Source of the DNA: Scyliorhinus canicula
Taxonomy: Eukaryota
NCBI RefSeq assembly: GCF_902713615.1
Contig: NC_052156.1
Span: 159,770,789 to 159,834,788, forward strand
Reading direction: 5' to 3'
DNA: 64,000 bases
A program made the translations under genes and the position numbers. Of the stretch, positions 12,068 through 24,527 are shown one piece after another. Under the pieces are notes generated by a model that saw only the letters and a list, made by a program, of their open reading frames with translations, was not told where the DNA came from and ran no database searches. Positions within the stretch are counted from its first letter, which is position 1. Every line of letters begins with the position of its first letter.

Positions 12068-12769
12068 GGCCGGGATTCTCCCCTACCCGGCGGGGCAGGG
12101 GGTCCCGGTGTGTTGGAGTGGCGTGAACCACTCCGGCGTCGGGCTTCCACACCTTTAGGGGCCAAGCCCTCACATTGAGGGGCTAGGCCCATGCTGGAGT
12201 GGTTCCCACTCCGCCGGCTGGCGTGAACGGCCTTTGGCGCCACGCCAGCCGGGGCCGCAAGGACTTCGCCGGCTGGTGTAAGTCTGCGCATGCGCCGGAG
12301 CGTCAGTGGCTGCTGACATCATACCGGCGCATGCGCAGGGGACGGGGTCTCTTCTGCCTCCGCCATGGAGAAGACCATGGCAAAGGCAGAAGAAAAAGAA
12401 TGCCCCCACGGCACAGGGCCGCCCGCCAATCGGTGGGCCCCGATCGCGTGCTAGGCCACCGTGGGGGCACCCCCCAGGGTCAGATCGCCCTGCCCCCCCC
12501 CCCCCCCCCCAGGTCCCTGGCGCCCGCCCGCGCCGCCAATCCTGCCGGTCAGGTAGGTGGTTTAATCCACACCGGCGGGAGAGGCATGTCAGCGGTGGGA
12601 CTTGCCGCGGGGGGCCCGCCGACCGGCTCGGCACGATTCCCAACCCCGCCGAATCTTGGGTGCCGGAGAATTCGGGACACGGTGGGGGCAGGATTGGCGC
12701 CAGCCCCGGGCGATTCTCCGACCCGGCGGGGGGGGGGGGGGGGGGGGGGGGGGTTGGAGAATCCCGCCC
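12068..12769. mobile_element. Young GC-rich Harbinger-type MITE with perfect TSD CTC
   Basis: TIRs GGCCGGGATTCTCC / GGAGAATCCCGCCC; CTC at 12065-12067 and 12770-12772. Confidence 0.9.
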
Positions 12770-13734
12770 CTCATGTCAAAGTGAGACTTAGAATTAAGGC
12801 TAAACCACCACAAGGGTTGCATGGCAGATTGTAACTTCGAATGTGTCTACACGGTGCAAGCCAAATATTCAATAATAGATTGCCTAGTCTTACAGGCCCA
12901 GTGAAAGGAAAAGAAAGAAAGTATAGTGTACTCCTAGAAGCACATTATCCAATATCCTTTCAGGAAAGAATTGTGGCAAATGTATGTGAGGGCGCATTTT
13001 TTAACTGGTATTAGGCCCCAGTGGAATACAGTCACTGGAGCTGTTACTTTACTCTTGGAAACAGAATTCAAAAATGATTTCTCTTGTGCTCCTGAAAGGT
13101 ACAATTTGACTGAAAAGAAAAAGTGCCCAATTCCCCCTCCCACCCACTCCACTCGCCCAAAGTCTGGAATTAGATACATTGCTGATCGAAAGGGCAGTCA
13201 CCTCAGTCTATTATTTCTACCTGTTGGTATGGTGATACTGGAGCTGAGTGCTTCAAAGTAATGCAATCTGTGCTCCGCATTCCGGAATGGCTTTTTCGCA
13301 GTTCCACTTAGGGTAAAAAGAGGGCTGGAAATTAAAGCTCTGATTCAGCATCTACGGATGAAAGCACAGACTGTATCGCTCTGCAGTCATGAAAATAAAA
13401 ATCCTATTTTAAATTAACTGTGCAGAGCAGTCAAATTTTGGAAACTGAATTTAACTTTCTTGCTCGCCAAATTCCTGTTACCCACAAACATTTACTCAGC
13501 TCCAGCAGGTATGAATACATCACCTATGCTCTGCGTCAATCACCTCTGCAATATCGCTTGCTGCGGAGGGAGTGCTACTCTGTTTAAATCAGTTAAAGAT
13601 AACTGAAGGGTCCTGCTGATTACTGAATCATTGAATTCTAAGCACAGAATTTTCTCCTATTATGCCTTTACCACAGCAAGTTTCACCTAACAACTATCCA
13701 TTCTGGGACCATTATCCTGCTCTTTCCCCATTTC

Positions 13735-13961
13735 TTTTTTTAAATATCAATTTAGAGTACCCAATTAATTTTTTCCAATTAAGGGGCAATTTAGCATGTT
13801 CAGTCCACCTAGCTTGCACATCTTTGGGTTGTGGGGGTAAAACCCACGCAAACACGGGGAGAATGTGCAAACTCCACACGGACAGTGACCCAGAGCCAGG
13901 ATCGAACCTGGGACCTTGGCGCCGTGAGACTACAGTGCTACCACTACGCCACCGTGCTGCC
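13735..13961 (-). mobile_element. HE1 SINE short subfamily
   Basis: Head, V-domain, AATTGGGTACTCTAAATT + A tail; flanking repeat CCCCATTT on both sides. Confidence 0.9.
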
Positions 13962-14199
13962 TCCCTTGCCCCATTTATAATGCAGCCAAGCAATATGTCT
14001 TCTTTTCGAAACACATAAAAACAATTCATTTGTGATATAAATCCATCCATGCCGTTTAATTGGCAATGGAGGAGGAATTGCATCAGTCGCTCTGTGCAGC
14101 AACATCATAATTATATTCCTTTTCACATGTGTGAGAGTACACTAAAAATAATAATCAGAGTAACCTTTGCCAATGATGTGTTCTATCTTCAATGAAAAA

Positions 14200-14577
14200 T
14201 TTGTGAAGCGCATTCACTGTTGCAACATGGGGAAATGTGACAGCAAATTTGCGTGCAGTATGGTTGCACAAACAGCAATGAAATAAACTACCAAATATGT
14301 TTAAGTGATATGTTGCTTGAGGGATGAATGTGGGCCAGGCCGCCAGAGGGAACTCCTCTGGTCTTCCTCAGATAGTACCTCAGTATCTTGATATCCATCT
14401 GAGGAAGACAGGACCTGAGCTTAATTATTTATTGAAAAGTAGTGGGCGCGATTCAACGGGGAAAAAAAAATAGCCCACTTTCGGTTGCGTTTAACGTTTC
14501 CTTGACGGCTGCAGCATCGAGAGGTTTGAGCAGACAACCTTTTGACTCAGAAGAGAACAACCATTGAGCCATGGCTC
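14200..14577 (-). mobile_element. Deu-domain SINE, with a short GGGCGCGATTCAAC MITE end at 14444
   Basis: Minus strand ...CCTGGCCCACATTCATCCCTCAAGCAACAT...TTCATTGCTGTTTGTGCAACC...CAAATTTGCTG; tRNA-like head near 14520-14577. Confidence 0.6.
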
Positions 14578-15099
14578 AGTTATAAAAATCAATCGACTTA
14601 GGCCCCCAATGCAAATTTGATGATACAATGCATGACTTACATTGTGCATTTGGTTGGATGGACTGTAAGACCTCAAAACATAGGTCCTCGAAGGGATTGC
14701 AGGAAGCACCATCAAAAATGTTGCACATAAATATCTTGAATCATGACTGGGGGAATCAGGAGGAAAGTTATTCCCATCTGCCATTGGATATCTTGAGCTC
14801 ACCCTCCTCCTGCCCCTCTGTTACCTGGCCCTCCCCAGTAACAACAATGCAACATTTTTCTCCACAGTGGAAGCACTGGATTTCTTGTAACCTTTTCTGG
14901 CACCCAGCACCCCCCCCCCCCCCCCCCCCCCCGCCCCCCCCGCCTTAAGAAGCTTTATTTCTGATTACTAGACTGCACTCTAATGGACTTGGATTGAGCG
15001 TTAAGTGGCTGGGAAAAGGATGCCAAGTTAGCGAAGCTCCTTGCACCTGGCCATTATTAGCTCTCCTCGTTCGAATGTTTGGGTGAGGACAAGAAAAAG

Positions 15100-15620
15100 C
15101 ACAGGTAAAATGGTCAAAAAACCTGGCAGCATACACTGTCACGGCACATTAGCAATAACAGGTAGGGTGGATGGGGAGGAATAATTTTCACTGGAGGCAA
15201 AATTTAAAAATTAAGGCCAGACATTTCAGGAGTGCAATTAATGAACACTTCCTTATACAAAGAACGGCGGAAGTTTCAAACTCTCTCTTTCACAAACAGC
15301 AATTGAGCTCAATCAGTTGTTAATTTTTAAAATGAGATTTGTGGGGTGGGATTCTTCGTTCCGCTGGCAGCGCATCCACACCCGCGGGTTTCCCAGCAGC
15401 GTGGTGTGGGCACAATGGGAGAATCCCATTGGCTGGCTGTGAGAACGGAGAATCCCGCTACCAGCGAGAATGCACCGCGGAGGAACACACGGCTGGAGGA
15501 CCGGAGAATCCGCCAATAGATACTTGTTAGCTAAAGGTATTCCAGAACACGGGGCAAAAGAAAGCTGTGATCCTACTCAATGGAGGAACAGGCTTGATGG
15601 ACTGAAAGGTCGATTACTGC
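15100..15620 (+). mobile_element. Old CR1 LINE 3' fragment interrupted by a MITE
   Basis: AGGGTGGATGGGGAGG...TTCAGGAG...ACACTTCCTTATACAAAG...GGAGGAACAGGCTTGATGGACTGAA typical of CR1 3' ends. Confidence 0.6.
15344..15515. mobile_element. Short Harbinger-type MITE
   Basis: GGGTGGGATTCTTC ... GGAGAATCCGCCA ends. Confidence 0.7.
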
Positions 15621-16956
15621 TGATCATGAAGCGCATTACCTCCATACCCCCGGAACGCCTTGACCCACTTCAATTCGCATACCGTCGCAACCGGTCCACA
15701 TTAGACGCCATTTCCCTGGCCCTACATTCATCCCTAGAGCATCTCGAAAACAAGGACTCCTACATCAGACTCCTATTTATTGACTACAGCTCCGCATTCA
15801 ACACCATAATCCCAGCCAAGCTCATATCAAAGCTCCAAAACCTAGGACTTGGCTCTCCACTCTGCAACTGGATCCTTGACTTTCTGACCAACAGACCACA
15901 GTCAGTAAGAATGAACACCAACACCTCCTCCACAATAGTCCTCAATACCGGTGCCCTGCAAGGCTGCGTACTTAGCCCCCTACTCTACTCCCTGTACACA
16001 CACGACTGCGTGGCAAAACTTGGTTCCAACTCCATCTACAAATTTGCTGACGATACGACCATAGTGGGCCGGATCTCGAATAACGATGAGTCCGAATACA
16101 GGAGGGAGATAGAGAACCTAGTGGAGTGGTGTAACAACAACAATCTCTCCCTCAATGCCAGCAAAACTGAAGAGCTGGTCATCGACTTCAGGAAGCAAAG
16201 TACTGTACACCTGTCAGCATCAAAACGGAGCCGAGGTGGAGATGGTGAGCAGTTTCAAATTTCTAGGGGTGAACATCACCAAAAATCTATCCTGGTCCAC
16301 TCACGTCGATGCTATCACCAAGAAAGGACAACAGCGCCTATACCTCCTCAGGAAACTAAGGAAATTCGGCATGTCCACATTAACCCTTACCAACTTTTAC
16401 AGATGCACTATAGAAAGCATCCTATCGGGCTGCATCACAGCCTGGTATGGCAACTGCTCGGCCCAGGACCGCAAGGAACTTCAGAGAGTCGTGAATACCG
16501 CCCAGTCCATCACACAAACTTGCCTCCCATCCATTGACTCCATCTACACCTCCTGCTGCCGGGGGAAAGCGGGCAGCATAATCAAGGATCCCTCCCACCC
16601 GGCTTACTCACTTTTCCAACTTCTTCCATCGGGCAGGAGATTCAGAAGTCTGAGAACACGGACGAACAGACTTAAAAACAGCTTCTTCCCCACTGTCACC
16701 AGACTCCTAAATGACCCTCTTATTGACTGACCTCATTAACACTACATCCTGTATGCTTCAACCGATGCCAATGCTTATGTAGTTACATTGTATATCTTGT
16801 GTTGCCCTATTATGTATTCTCATGTATTTTCTTGAATTGTTTAATTCCCTTTTCTTCCATGTACTGAATGATCTGTTGAGCTGCTTGCAGAAAAATTTCT
16901 TTTCACTGTACCTCGGTACACGTGACAATAAACAAATCCAATCCAATCCAATCCAA
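15620..16956 (+). mobile_element. Rex1/Babar non-LTR retrotransposon, 5'-truncated (RT + C-terminal domain + 3' UTR)
   Basis: [53 protein letters not shown]; after a frameshift near 16205-16225 FKFLGVNI...[13 protein letters not shown]...[19 protein letters not shown]...RLKNSFFP; stop at 16730; 3' end GTGACAATAAA + (ATCCA)n. Confidence 0.95.
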
Positions 16957-17512
16957 CCTTCCAGACATGGCAAGAAAAATGACTTGAATGAGATACAGAA
17001 TGGCTGGTGAGAGACGTGAAACTGTGACTTACATATCTCGAAGTACAAACTCATTTTTAAAATAACTGTACAGAGTACTCAACTTTGGAAACAGAATTTC
17101 ACTCCCTTGCTTTCAAAATTCCAGTTGTTCACAAATATTTGCTCAACTCAAGTAGGTCTGAATATATCACCAACGCTTAGCATCAATCATCATTGCCAGT
17201 CTTAGATAACACAAAGACATTTCACCTTCAAGAACATGTAGTTCCATATCTCCCTGCTGTTCCCCTGGTGTGTAGCGAAGGCCAGTTTCCTGCTCTAGCA
17301 GGAACCCCTCCATCCATTTTATATTGATGAAGACCAATGACTTGAATAGCCCGATCATACCATACTCAGCAAAGGCAATGTCATCAGGGGGAGAAGTGGA
17401 GAGAACATTGGGCAAAAAATCTGAAAAGATGGAAGTGTTCAACAGTCCAACCTTTACTGTAAAAGATGTTTGGTTCATGCCGATAAAAGCTGACAGGTAC
17501 CATTTTTCTTTA

Positions 17513-17690
17513 TGAAATGAAAAATGAAAATCACTTATTGTCACAAGTAGGCTTCAATTAAGTTACTGTGAAAAGCCCCTAGTCGCCACATTCTGGCACC
17601 TGTCCAGGGAGGCTGGTACAGGAATTGAACCATGCAACTGGCCTGCTTGGTCTGCTTTAAAAGCCAGTGGTTTAGCCAAGTGAGCTTTAT
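17513..17690 (-). mobile_element. tRNA-derived SINE with MER6-type tail
   Basis: Same family as 23650-23825. Confidence 0.85.
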
Positions 17691-17759
17691 GGCCTTTTGC
17701 TGAAGACCATTTTTAAGGAGCCAAGTGATTCACCCCGATTCATCATCGAAATGGCAAAA

Positions 17760-18245
17760 GTCAGCAGTGTGATAGAATACTCTCCACTTACTCAGACAAG
17801 GCCAGTTCCGACAACTAATCATGAAGCGTGACACCATCCAGGAAAGAGCTCGTTGGCACCCTGTCTACCAATGTAAACATTCACCCCTCTCCAGTGATGC
17901 ACCATGTCAGCAGTGTTTGCCTGATACAAGACGCACTGCAGAACTTGCCAAGGCTTCTTCAACAGCAGCTCCCGAAACCTGTGACCTCTGCTGCTTACAA
18001 GAGCACAGGGCAGCAGGTGGATGGGAACACCATCGCCCATAAGGGGGCCCTTCACAATCACACACCATCCTGGCTGGGAAATTGTTCCTTCATGGTCACT
18101 GGGTTAAAGATTCTGGAACTCCCTTCGTACTGGCACTATAGGTGTACCTGTGCCATATTGCAGTGATTTGAGAAGGAAGCTAAGGGCATTTAATAGAGGG
18201 TAAGAAATGTTGGCCTTGCCATCGATGCAGATGTCTGATGAAAGT
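17760..18245 (+). mobile_element. CR1-group LINE 3' fragment (EYSPLAW family)
   Basis: GTGATAGAATACTCTCCACTT...GACACCATCCAGG...AACATTCACCCCTCTCC...AAGGCTTCTTCAACAGCAGCTCCCGAAACC; same family as 35105-35688 and 49545-50355. Confidence 0.7.
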
Positions 18246-18378
18246 ATTAAAACAAGTGCTTACTTTTACTCAAAGGCAAGAGTTCCAGCATTTAATGGTG
18301 TCCAAATCATATTATTGATAAGCAATTAGGTTTGGAATCCTACTATTGACAATGTGTTCCGATCTTATAAGACACCTG

Positions 18379-19437
18379 GGGCAGGATTTTCTGGTATCCG
18401 GCGGGCGGACCGTACCGGCGCCAAAGAGTGGCGTGAACCACTCCGGCGTCGGGCCGCCCGGAAGGTGAAGAAACCTCCGCACATCCAGGGGCTAAGCCGG
18501 CGCTGGAGTGATTGGCGCTGCGCTAACCGGTGCTGAAGGGCCTCCGCCGGCCGGCGCGAGTTGGTGCATGCGCAGGAGTGCCAGCGTGTTCCCAGAACCG
18601 CAGGCGTGATTCCTGCGCATGTACAGTGGGTTTCTTCTCTGCGCCGGCCATGGCGGAGCTTTACAGTGGCTGGCGCGGAGGGAAAGAGGGCCAGATCCCC
18701 CCGCGCCCCCCCCCCCCCCCCAAGGACTCCGCAGGCCGCTCCCAGAGCCAGGTCCCACCGGTAGGAACCTTGTGTACATAGAACATAGAACATAGAACGA
18801 TACAGCGCAGTACAGGCCCTTCGGCCCACGATGTTGCACCGACATGGGAAGTCAAAAACTAAAGGCCATCTAACCTACACTATGCCATTATCATCCATAT
18901 GCTTATCCAATAAACTTTTAAATGCCCTCAATGTTGGCGAGTTCACTACTGTTGTAGGTAGGGCATTCCACGGCCTCACCACTCTTTGTGTAAAAAACCC
19001 ACCTCTGACATCTGTCCCATATCTATTACCCCTCAATTTAAGGCTATGTCCCCTCGTGCTAGCCACCTCCATCCTCGGGAGAAGGCTCTCACTGTCCACC
19101 CTATCTAACCCTCTGATCATTTTGTATGCCTCTATTAGGTCACCTCTTAACCTTCTTCTCTCTAACGAAAACAACCTCAAGTCCATCAGCCTTTCCTCAT
19201 AAGATTTTCCCTCCATACCAGGCATACCAGGTGTAATTTGCGCCGGCGGGACAGGCTGAAAACGGGCGGCTGCTCGGCCCATCGTGGAGCGGAGAATCGC
19301 CGGGGCAGCCGCTGCCAACGGCCTCCGACCGGCGCGACGCGATTCCCGCTGGAGAATTCGGCAGCCGGCGTCGAGGCGGGATTCACACCGTCCCCCGCCG
19401 ATTCTCCGGCCCGGCGATGGGTCGGAGAATCCCACCC
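18379..19437. mobile_element. GC-rich Harbinger-type MITE with nested CR1 fragment
   Basis: TIRs GGGCAGGATTTTCT / GGAGAATCCCACCC; flanks CTG/ATG; homologous to 12068-12769. Confidence 0.85.
18777..19225 (-). mobile_element. CR1 (HER1-like) LINE 3' end nested in MITE
   Basis: Minus ORF: MEGKSYEERLMDLRLFSLERRRLRGDLIEAYKMIRG...TRGHSLKL...FFTQRVVRPWNALP; tail (TTCTATG)n. Confidence 0.93.
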
Positions 19438-19879
19438 ATGGAAAGTGCCTTTCAATTCTTGGACCGTATTACCTTCCAACATTTGAAGTGCATTGAAATT
19501 CCAGGAAAGAAAAGGAAGAAAAGAGTAGAAAGTTGTGCCAGTGATGCTCACGGAGGAATGATTAACTTGCTGAGATTAATTTTTTCATTTTTTTCTATAT
19601 TTATTAAAGTTTTGTAAAAATACTCTTTGACTTCACTGAATTTTTAGTTCATATAATCTCCTAATGAGACACAAAAATGTTTATTTATTGTTTTCTGTGT
19701 GTACACCCTACGCTACAACGCATTCCATTGCCCAACTCTGTCTCTGTCTTTGTTCATCTGCTGCTGAGACTCTTAGCCATACCTGAGTTACCTGTAGTTT
19801 TAACTATTCCATTGTTGACCTGTCTGATTTCCCATGCTCTACTTCCCATAAACTTGAGTTTATCAAAACCCAGCAGGTC

Positions 19880-20410
19880 AAGCCCGAATTCACACAAAGT
19901 CACGTTCAGTCATCACTCCTTGCTCTCAGTCAAGCAACACAATTTTATTATTCGCATGCTTGTTTTCAAAGCACTCCTTCGCCTTGTCCCTCTCTCTTCC
20001 CGCGGCCTGCTCCTACCCCACAACTCTCCAAGACATCTACTCTTCTCTAATTCTGATCTGCATCCCTTATTTGAATCAGTCCACCATTACTGTAGTTGCA
20101 GAATTCCCACTTTGAACCTCTCTGCCAATCTCTTTGAGCCATCTTTCCAAGAACTGCACTAACATCCCGTTATGTGATTCAGGGCAAAGTTTTTCTGTCC
20201 CGCTCGCCGTGGGAATGGTCACAGGTGGGATGGTACGATTGACGGACCTTTGGAAGGTTCGTTGACTTTGTGCGGGAACATCCGGTCCTGGGGCAGGCGG
20301 GACCAGAAATTACCGCCCTCAGTGTCAAATTTTGTTGATAATACTCCTGTTCTGCCACTCTGGCTGTTTTATTGCATTAAAGGAGCTATAGAAATAGAGG
20401 TGGTTGTTCT
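19880..20410 (+). mobile_element. Old L2 LINE 3' fragment
   Basis: CATCACTCC...CTTGTTTTCAAAGCACTCC..GCCTTGTCCCTC...GTGTCAAATTTTG...TTAAAGGAGCTATAGAAAT. Confidence 0.6.
20182..20318. mobile_element. Short Harbinger-type MITE with perfect TSD TCA
   Basis: GGGCAAAGTTTTTC ... AGAAATTACCGCCC; TCA at 20179-20181 and 20319-20321. Confidence 0.75.
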
Positions 20411-20702
20411 TGCACTATGCATGTGACTGAATGCAGAGACGTTTATGTGTTCCCTCATTTGTCTTCTGCAACTCCAGAGGAACGGGCATGGAAACTCCAG
20501 AAATACAAGGGTCTAATCCAAATTATGCGTGTTACTCAGTAGATGCATCTATTGTTCGGAATTTCCAGGACTACTCCTTAATGAATGGTCACCTTGTTGA
20601 GGTTGTCCTCTGCTTCCATCAAACCATAGTTCAGCATGGGTTTGTGGTTTCAGGAAACAGGAAGAAATTGTGGTGAGTTGAACATTGAGAAACAAAGACA
20701 TA

Positions 20703-20990
20703 GGACGCGATTCAACCAAAAAAGTTCCAAATGTCATTTTGGACGAGTTTGGCAGGGCATTTTACGTCAGCTTTTTGGGTGAGATCCAGACTGGTATTCA
20801 CCCACACTTAGTAATTTGTTTGGGCCTTGGCCGTTTCTCCCTGGTCAAGCCCACACTGAGAAATTATTTTAGCAGTGGAAGCTGAACTCACTGGAACGGC
20901 CAGCTCCCCAGAGATCAGGGTGGCATTTTGAAAGGGTGCCCCGATCTCCAAGTGAGCTTGAGGGTTCCCCAGGTCCCCTACCCACAGTTG
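20703..20990. mobile_element. Truncated MITE, GGGCGCGATTCAAC subfamily
   Basis: Starts GGACGCGATTCAAC; related TIR in reverse at 31597-31610. Confidence 0.6.
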
Positions 20991-21899
20991 CAGAATTCAC
21001 AATATTGAAAAAAATCTCATTCACATAAACACATTTACAACATTTACTTTCGTTCAACTACACAAAGACCTATGAGAATAAACATTTTATTCAAGTGCAC
21101 AATCCCTTACCTTAACAAGCATAAAAGTTCATTGTCCAGCTTCAAGGAGTATATCACCACTTTAGCTGTCAACCAAATGGAATGACAGCTAGCCTACTGT
21201 GATAAAGGAAAGTTGTGAAATCAGTCGTGCAGCACTAATACAGTCGTGACAACTCTTAAACTTCTGTCAATGGACAAAGTCAAATAGTAAGACGTTTCTT
21301 CAAATATTTAAAGGGCAGGACTTTTGAATGCAGTGACAGCTTGACACATCCTCTTGGCTGGTCATGTTGACACTTCTGACGGGTTCTCTTGACCGGTCTT
21401 TTTCACACCTGTGGTGACTTTTGACAAGTCTGTGGACTGTTCCAATGAGCTTGATAGTTAATTAATCCAACTTGTAACAATTCCAAAGGGCACCTTGACT
21501 CCACTGAAGGCCTCCTGACCAGCTGGAAAGAAGTTCTGGGGGCAGATCCAAAGTGATACCCCAAGGGGGTGCTCTGGCTATTCAAAGAAGTGCATAGATC
21601 GGTCCTGCTCTTGCCAGGCTGGGTTTCACACTCCTGGGCGTGCCATTTATTGGTAAAGTGTCAGCTCCGGCAGGAAAAGTGGAGTGTAGCCCACTGGCTG
21701 CACTACCGGCCTTTCCCACCATATATTTTTACACTTTGTCAAAAACAAACAATAGGTGGGTCCCATGACACTATGCTGCTGAGGCAGGGTCTGAGTGAGC
21801 CGCCCACCTGCCAGAAACTTAGGGTTCTGAAAGATCGGGGTATCTGGGTACTTGAGTATCTTTGAACAACTGACTTTATCCAAATGGTTTGAGTTTATA

Positions 21900-22124
21900 T
21901 ATTTTTTTAATTTAGAGTACCCAATTATTTTTTTCCAATTAAGGGGCAATTTTGTGTGACCAGTCCATCTAACCAGCACATCTTTGGGTTGTGGGGGTGA
22001 AACCCATGCAGACACAGGGAGAATGTGCAAACTCCACAGAGACAGTGACCAAGAGCTGGGATTTGAACCTGGGTCCTCAGCCCCCGAGGCAACAGTGCTA
22101 ACCACTGTGCCACCATGCTGCCCC
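21900..22124 (-). mobile_element. HE1 SINE short subfamily
   Basis: Head, V-domain, AATTGGGTACTCTAAATT tail. Confidence 0.9.
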
Positions 22125-22134
22125 TGAGTTTACT

Positions 22135-22358
22135 TTTTTAAATATAAATTTATTGTACCCAATTATTATTTTTTTTCCAATTAAGGGGCAATTTAGCGTG
22201 GCCAATCCACCTAACCTGCACATCTTTGGGTTGTGGGGGTGAAACCCACGAGGACACGAGGAGAATGTGGAAACTCCACACGGCCAGTGACCCAGGGCCA
22301 GGATTCGAACCCGGGTCCTCAGCGCCGCAGTCCCAGTAACCACTGAGCCACGTGCCGC
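22135..22358 (-). mobile_element. HE1 SINE short subfamily (tandem with previous copy)
   Basis: Same structure as the adjacent copy. Confidence 0.9.
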
Positions 22359-23649
22359 CTCAAGGTTTGCGTTTATGTTTAAAATTCTGGAGGAGAAAGA
22401 ACTGAAACAAAATGAAAAACATGTAAAAATGCGCCACAATATCACAAAAGCGTGAAAGAAAACTGCTCCTCGGCTGAAGAGATGCGGCAGGGAGTGTGAC
22501 TCAGAGGCTGACAATCGGAAGTGGGGCATGGGATGTTTTGGAAACTTCAGGACAGGCACACAATAATCTCTTCTGGTATGTTGCCAAGACATGGCTGAAG
22601 CAAACCTTTTGTTGGTGGTGCCATCTAGTTCAAGTCTCGATTACCCCTGTCTGAAGTTGGCATGCTAACCTGTCCTATCAGGGTCACCAGAGCAGCAAGT
22701 GCAAATATCAGCTTGGTGCAGCTATTTACTTACTAAAACACACGTTGTTGACCTTGGTATTGGTGTTTTCTCTTTCGATCCGATTGAACATGAAAGTACA
22801 TTCACTTTCTGATTACCAACAGCCAAAGGAAGTCACCCAAACATTTAACGAGGACAATGTCCCGATCTCTGTAACGTGACTACCTTTGAGGCACTTTGAT
22901 GGACCAGCTAGTGAACACATGCCCATAAAGAGAGACTGGCAGGAATATCTGAAAGCATGTGTCATATTCTGCTGCCAGCAACACCCAATTATAAAAGGAA
23001 ACATTGCAATCCAAGCAAACTGTCTAAATCACTCGCCACCTCTGACAATAACAGAACAATGAATCAGGAATGGAAAAGGGCAGAGATTCCTGGCATGTAA
23101 TCCCAACACGTGTTTGGCCATTCCAGAGACAGGCAATAAATCAGGTTACATTTTCAGTGGCGGTGCTCAGAGGAGGAAGCAAAAGCAGTTTGAGAACGAG
23201 CGATGAAAAATCTGTTGCAGAAGTGTTAGAATGCGAAGTACGGCTTTGCTTTCCCTAAACTAATCATTCAATTGTCGTGTTGCCCTTTTCCTAATGTCAC
23301 CGCACGCAGGAAAGGGGGCGGGGTTGGGGGGAGGGGGAAATTTACTTCTCAATTTGGTTGCTCTCAAAATAGCATCAATGACATCAGTCAAACACAAAAT
23401 AGTTCAGAAAAATGGGCAACTATGAAAAATGGGGCAACTCATTTCTGAACATTTTGAAAATCTAGGTTTAAATGTATTTATTTTTCTCGAAACATTTAAT
23501 AAGTACTATGATCCTTTTGAACGTTCCACTTAAACACCTGCACTCTATGTTATTTGTTTTTCTTTAATTTTACATTACAATTCCATTCTCCTTTCTAAAA
23601 TCTAGGGGCTGCTAATTTCCAATATTGACATTAGTTAGTCACTACCTGA

Positions 23650-23825
23650 AATGAAAATCGCTTATTGTCACAAGTAGGCTTCAATGAAGTTACTGTGAAA
23701 AGCCCCTAGTCGCCACATTCTGGCGCCTGTTCAGGGAGGCTGGTATGGGAATTGAACTGTGCAGCTGGCCTGCCTTGGTCTGCTTTAAAAGCCAGCGATT
23801 CAGCCCAGTGTGCTAAACCAGCCCC
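23650..23825 (-). mobile_element. Full tRNA-derived SINE with MER6-type tail (no V-domain)
   Basis: Minus strand GGGGCTGGTTTAGCACACTGGGCTG...GTTCAATTCCC...MER6-type tail; TSD TACCTGA at 23643-23649 and 23827-23833. Confidence 0.88.
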
Positions 23826-23854
23826 TTACCTGATGATTTACCTCATCCCTTTAT

Positions 23855-24157
23855 GGGGCGGCACGCTGGCACAGAGGTTAGCACTATTGCCTTACAGTGC
23901 CAGGGACCCGGGTTCAATTCCTGCCTTGAGTAACTGTCTGTGTGGAGTTTGCATGTTCTCCCCATGTCTGTGTGGGTTTCCTCCTACAGTCCACAAATGC
24001 GTAGGTTAGGTGGATTGGCCATCCTAAATTGCCCCTTAGTGTCCAAAATGCTAGGTGGGGTTACGGGGACGGGGCATGGGCCTGGATAGGGAGCTCTTTC
24101 AGAGGGATAGTGCAGAATAGACGGGAAGAATGGCCTCCTTCTTCACTGTAGGGATCC
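23855..24157 (+). mobile_element. HE1 SINE (older copy)
   Basis: GGGGCGGCACGCTGGCACAGAGGTTAGCAC...GGTTCAATTCC...AAATTGCCCCTTAGTGTCCAAA...GAATGGCCTCCTTCT. Confidence 0.88.
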
Positions 24158-24527
24158 TGAGAAACTCTTTTCCTCATTGGTTGTCCTTCACAGAGACTCC
24201 AATTTTATAATAATAGTCTGACTGCCCAGATTGCCTTTTATATTTTGAAATGCAGATTACCTCAGCTAAGTTGTAAGTTGTGTCAAGAAGCAAAAGAACC
24301 GCACTACCGAAAATGAAGCCACCATGAAAGCCATTGCTGCTGAGGAACATTGAGAAATAATTTGAGGAAATTTTAAGTGGGCACCATTAAGATATTGGGT
24401 GGGGTTAACCTGCTTAAAATGCTGAATATTTTCTGACGGAATCTGAATTTTAGTTCTTACATTCCTGTGAACACTTCTTGACGACAGGTTAGATTTTTTT
24501 TAATTCCCAGGACCCAAGGGAAAAAAG

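Noticed and set aside
12728-12753. Long G/C homopolymers as G-quadruplex elements (also about 14910-14944, 25863-25883, 35833-35855)
   Set aside because: Mostly inside TEs; lengths are unreliable in assemblies; no independent evidence of function.
11944-12834. Overlapping Pro/Gly/Arg-rich ORFs up to 211 aa (also 18354-18855 and 27521-28168)
   Set aside because: Stop-poor GC-rich MITE interiors open in several frames on both strands; no domain motifs.
15470-15620. N-terminal extension of the 355-aa RT ORF
   Set aside because: Chance read-through from MITE and CR1 sequence upstream of the Rex1 truncation point.
17324-17515. 63-aa ORF with a possible donor near 17497
   Set aside because: Could not assign it to any family; insufficient support for an exon.
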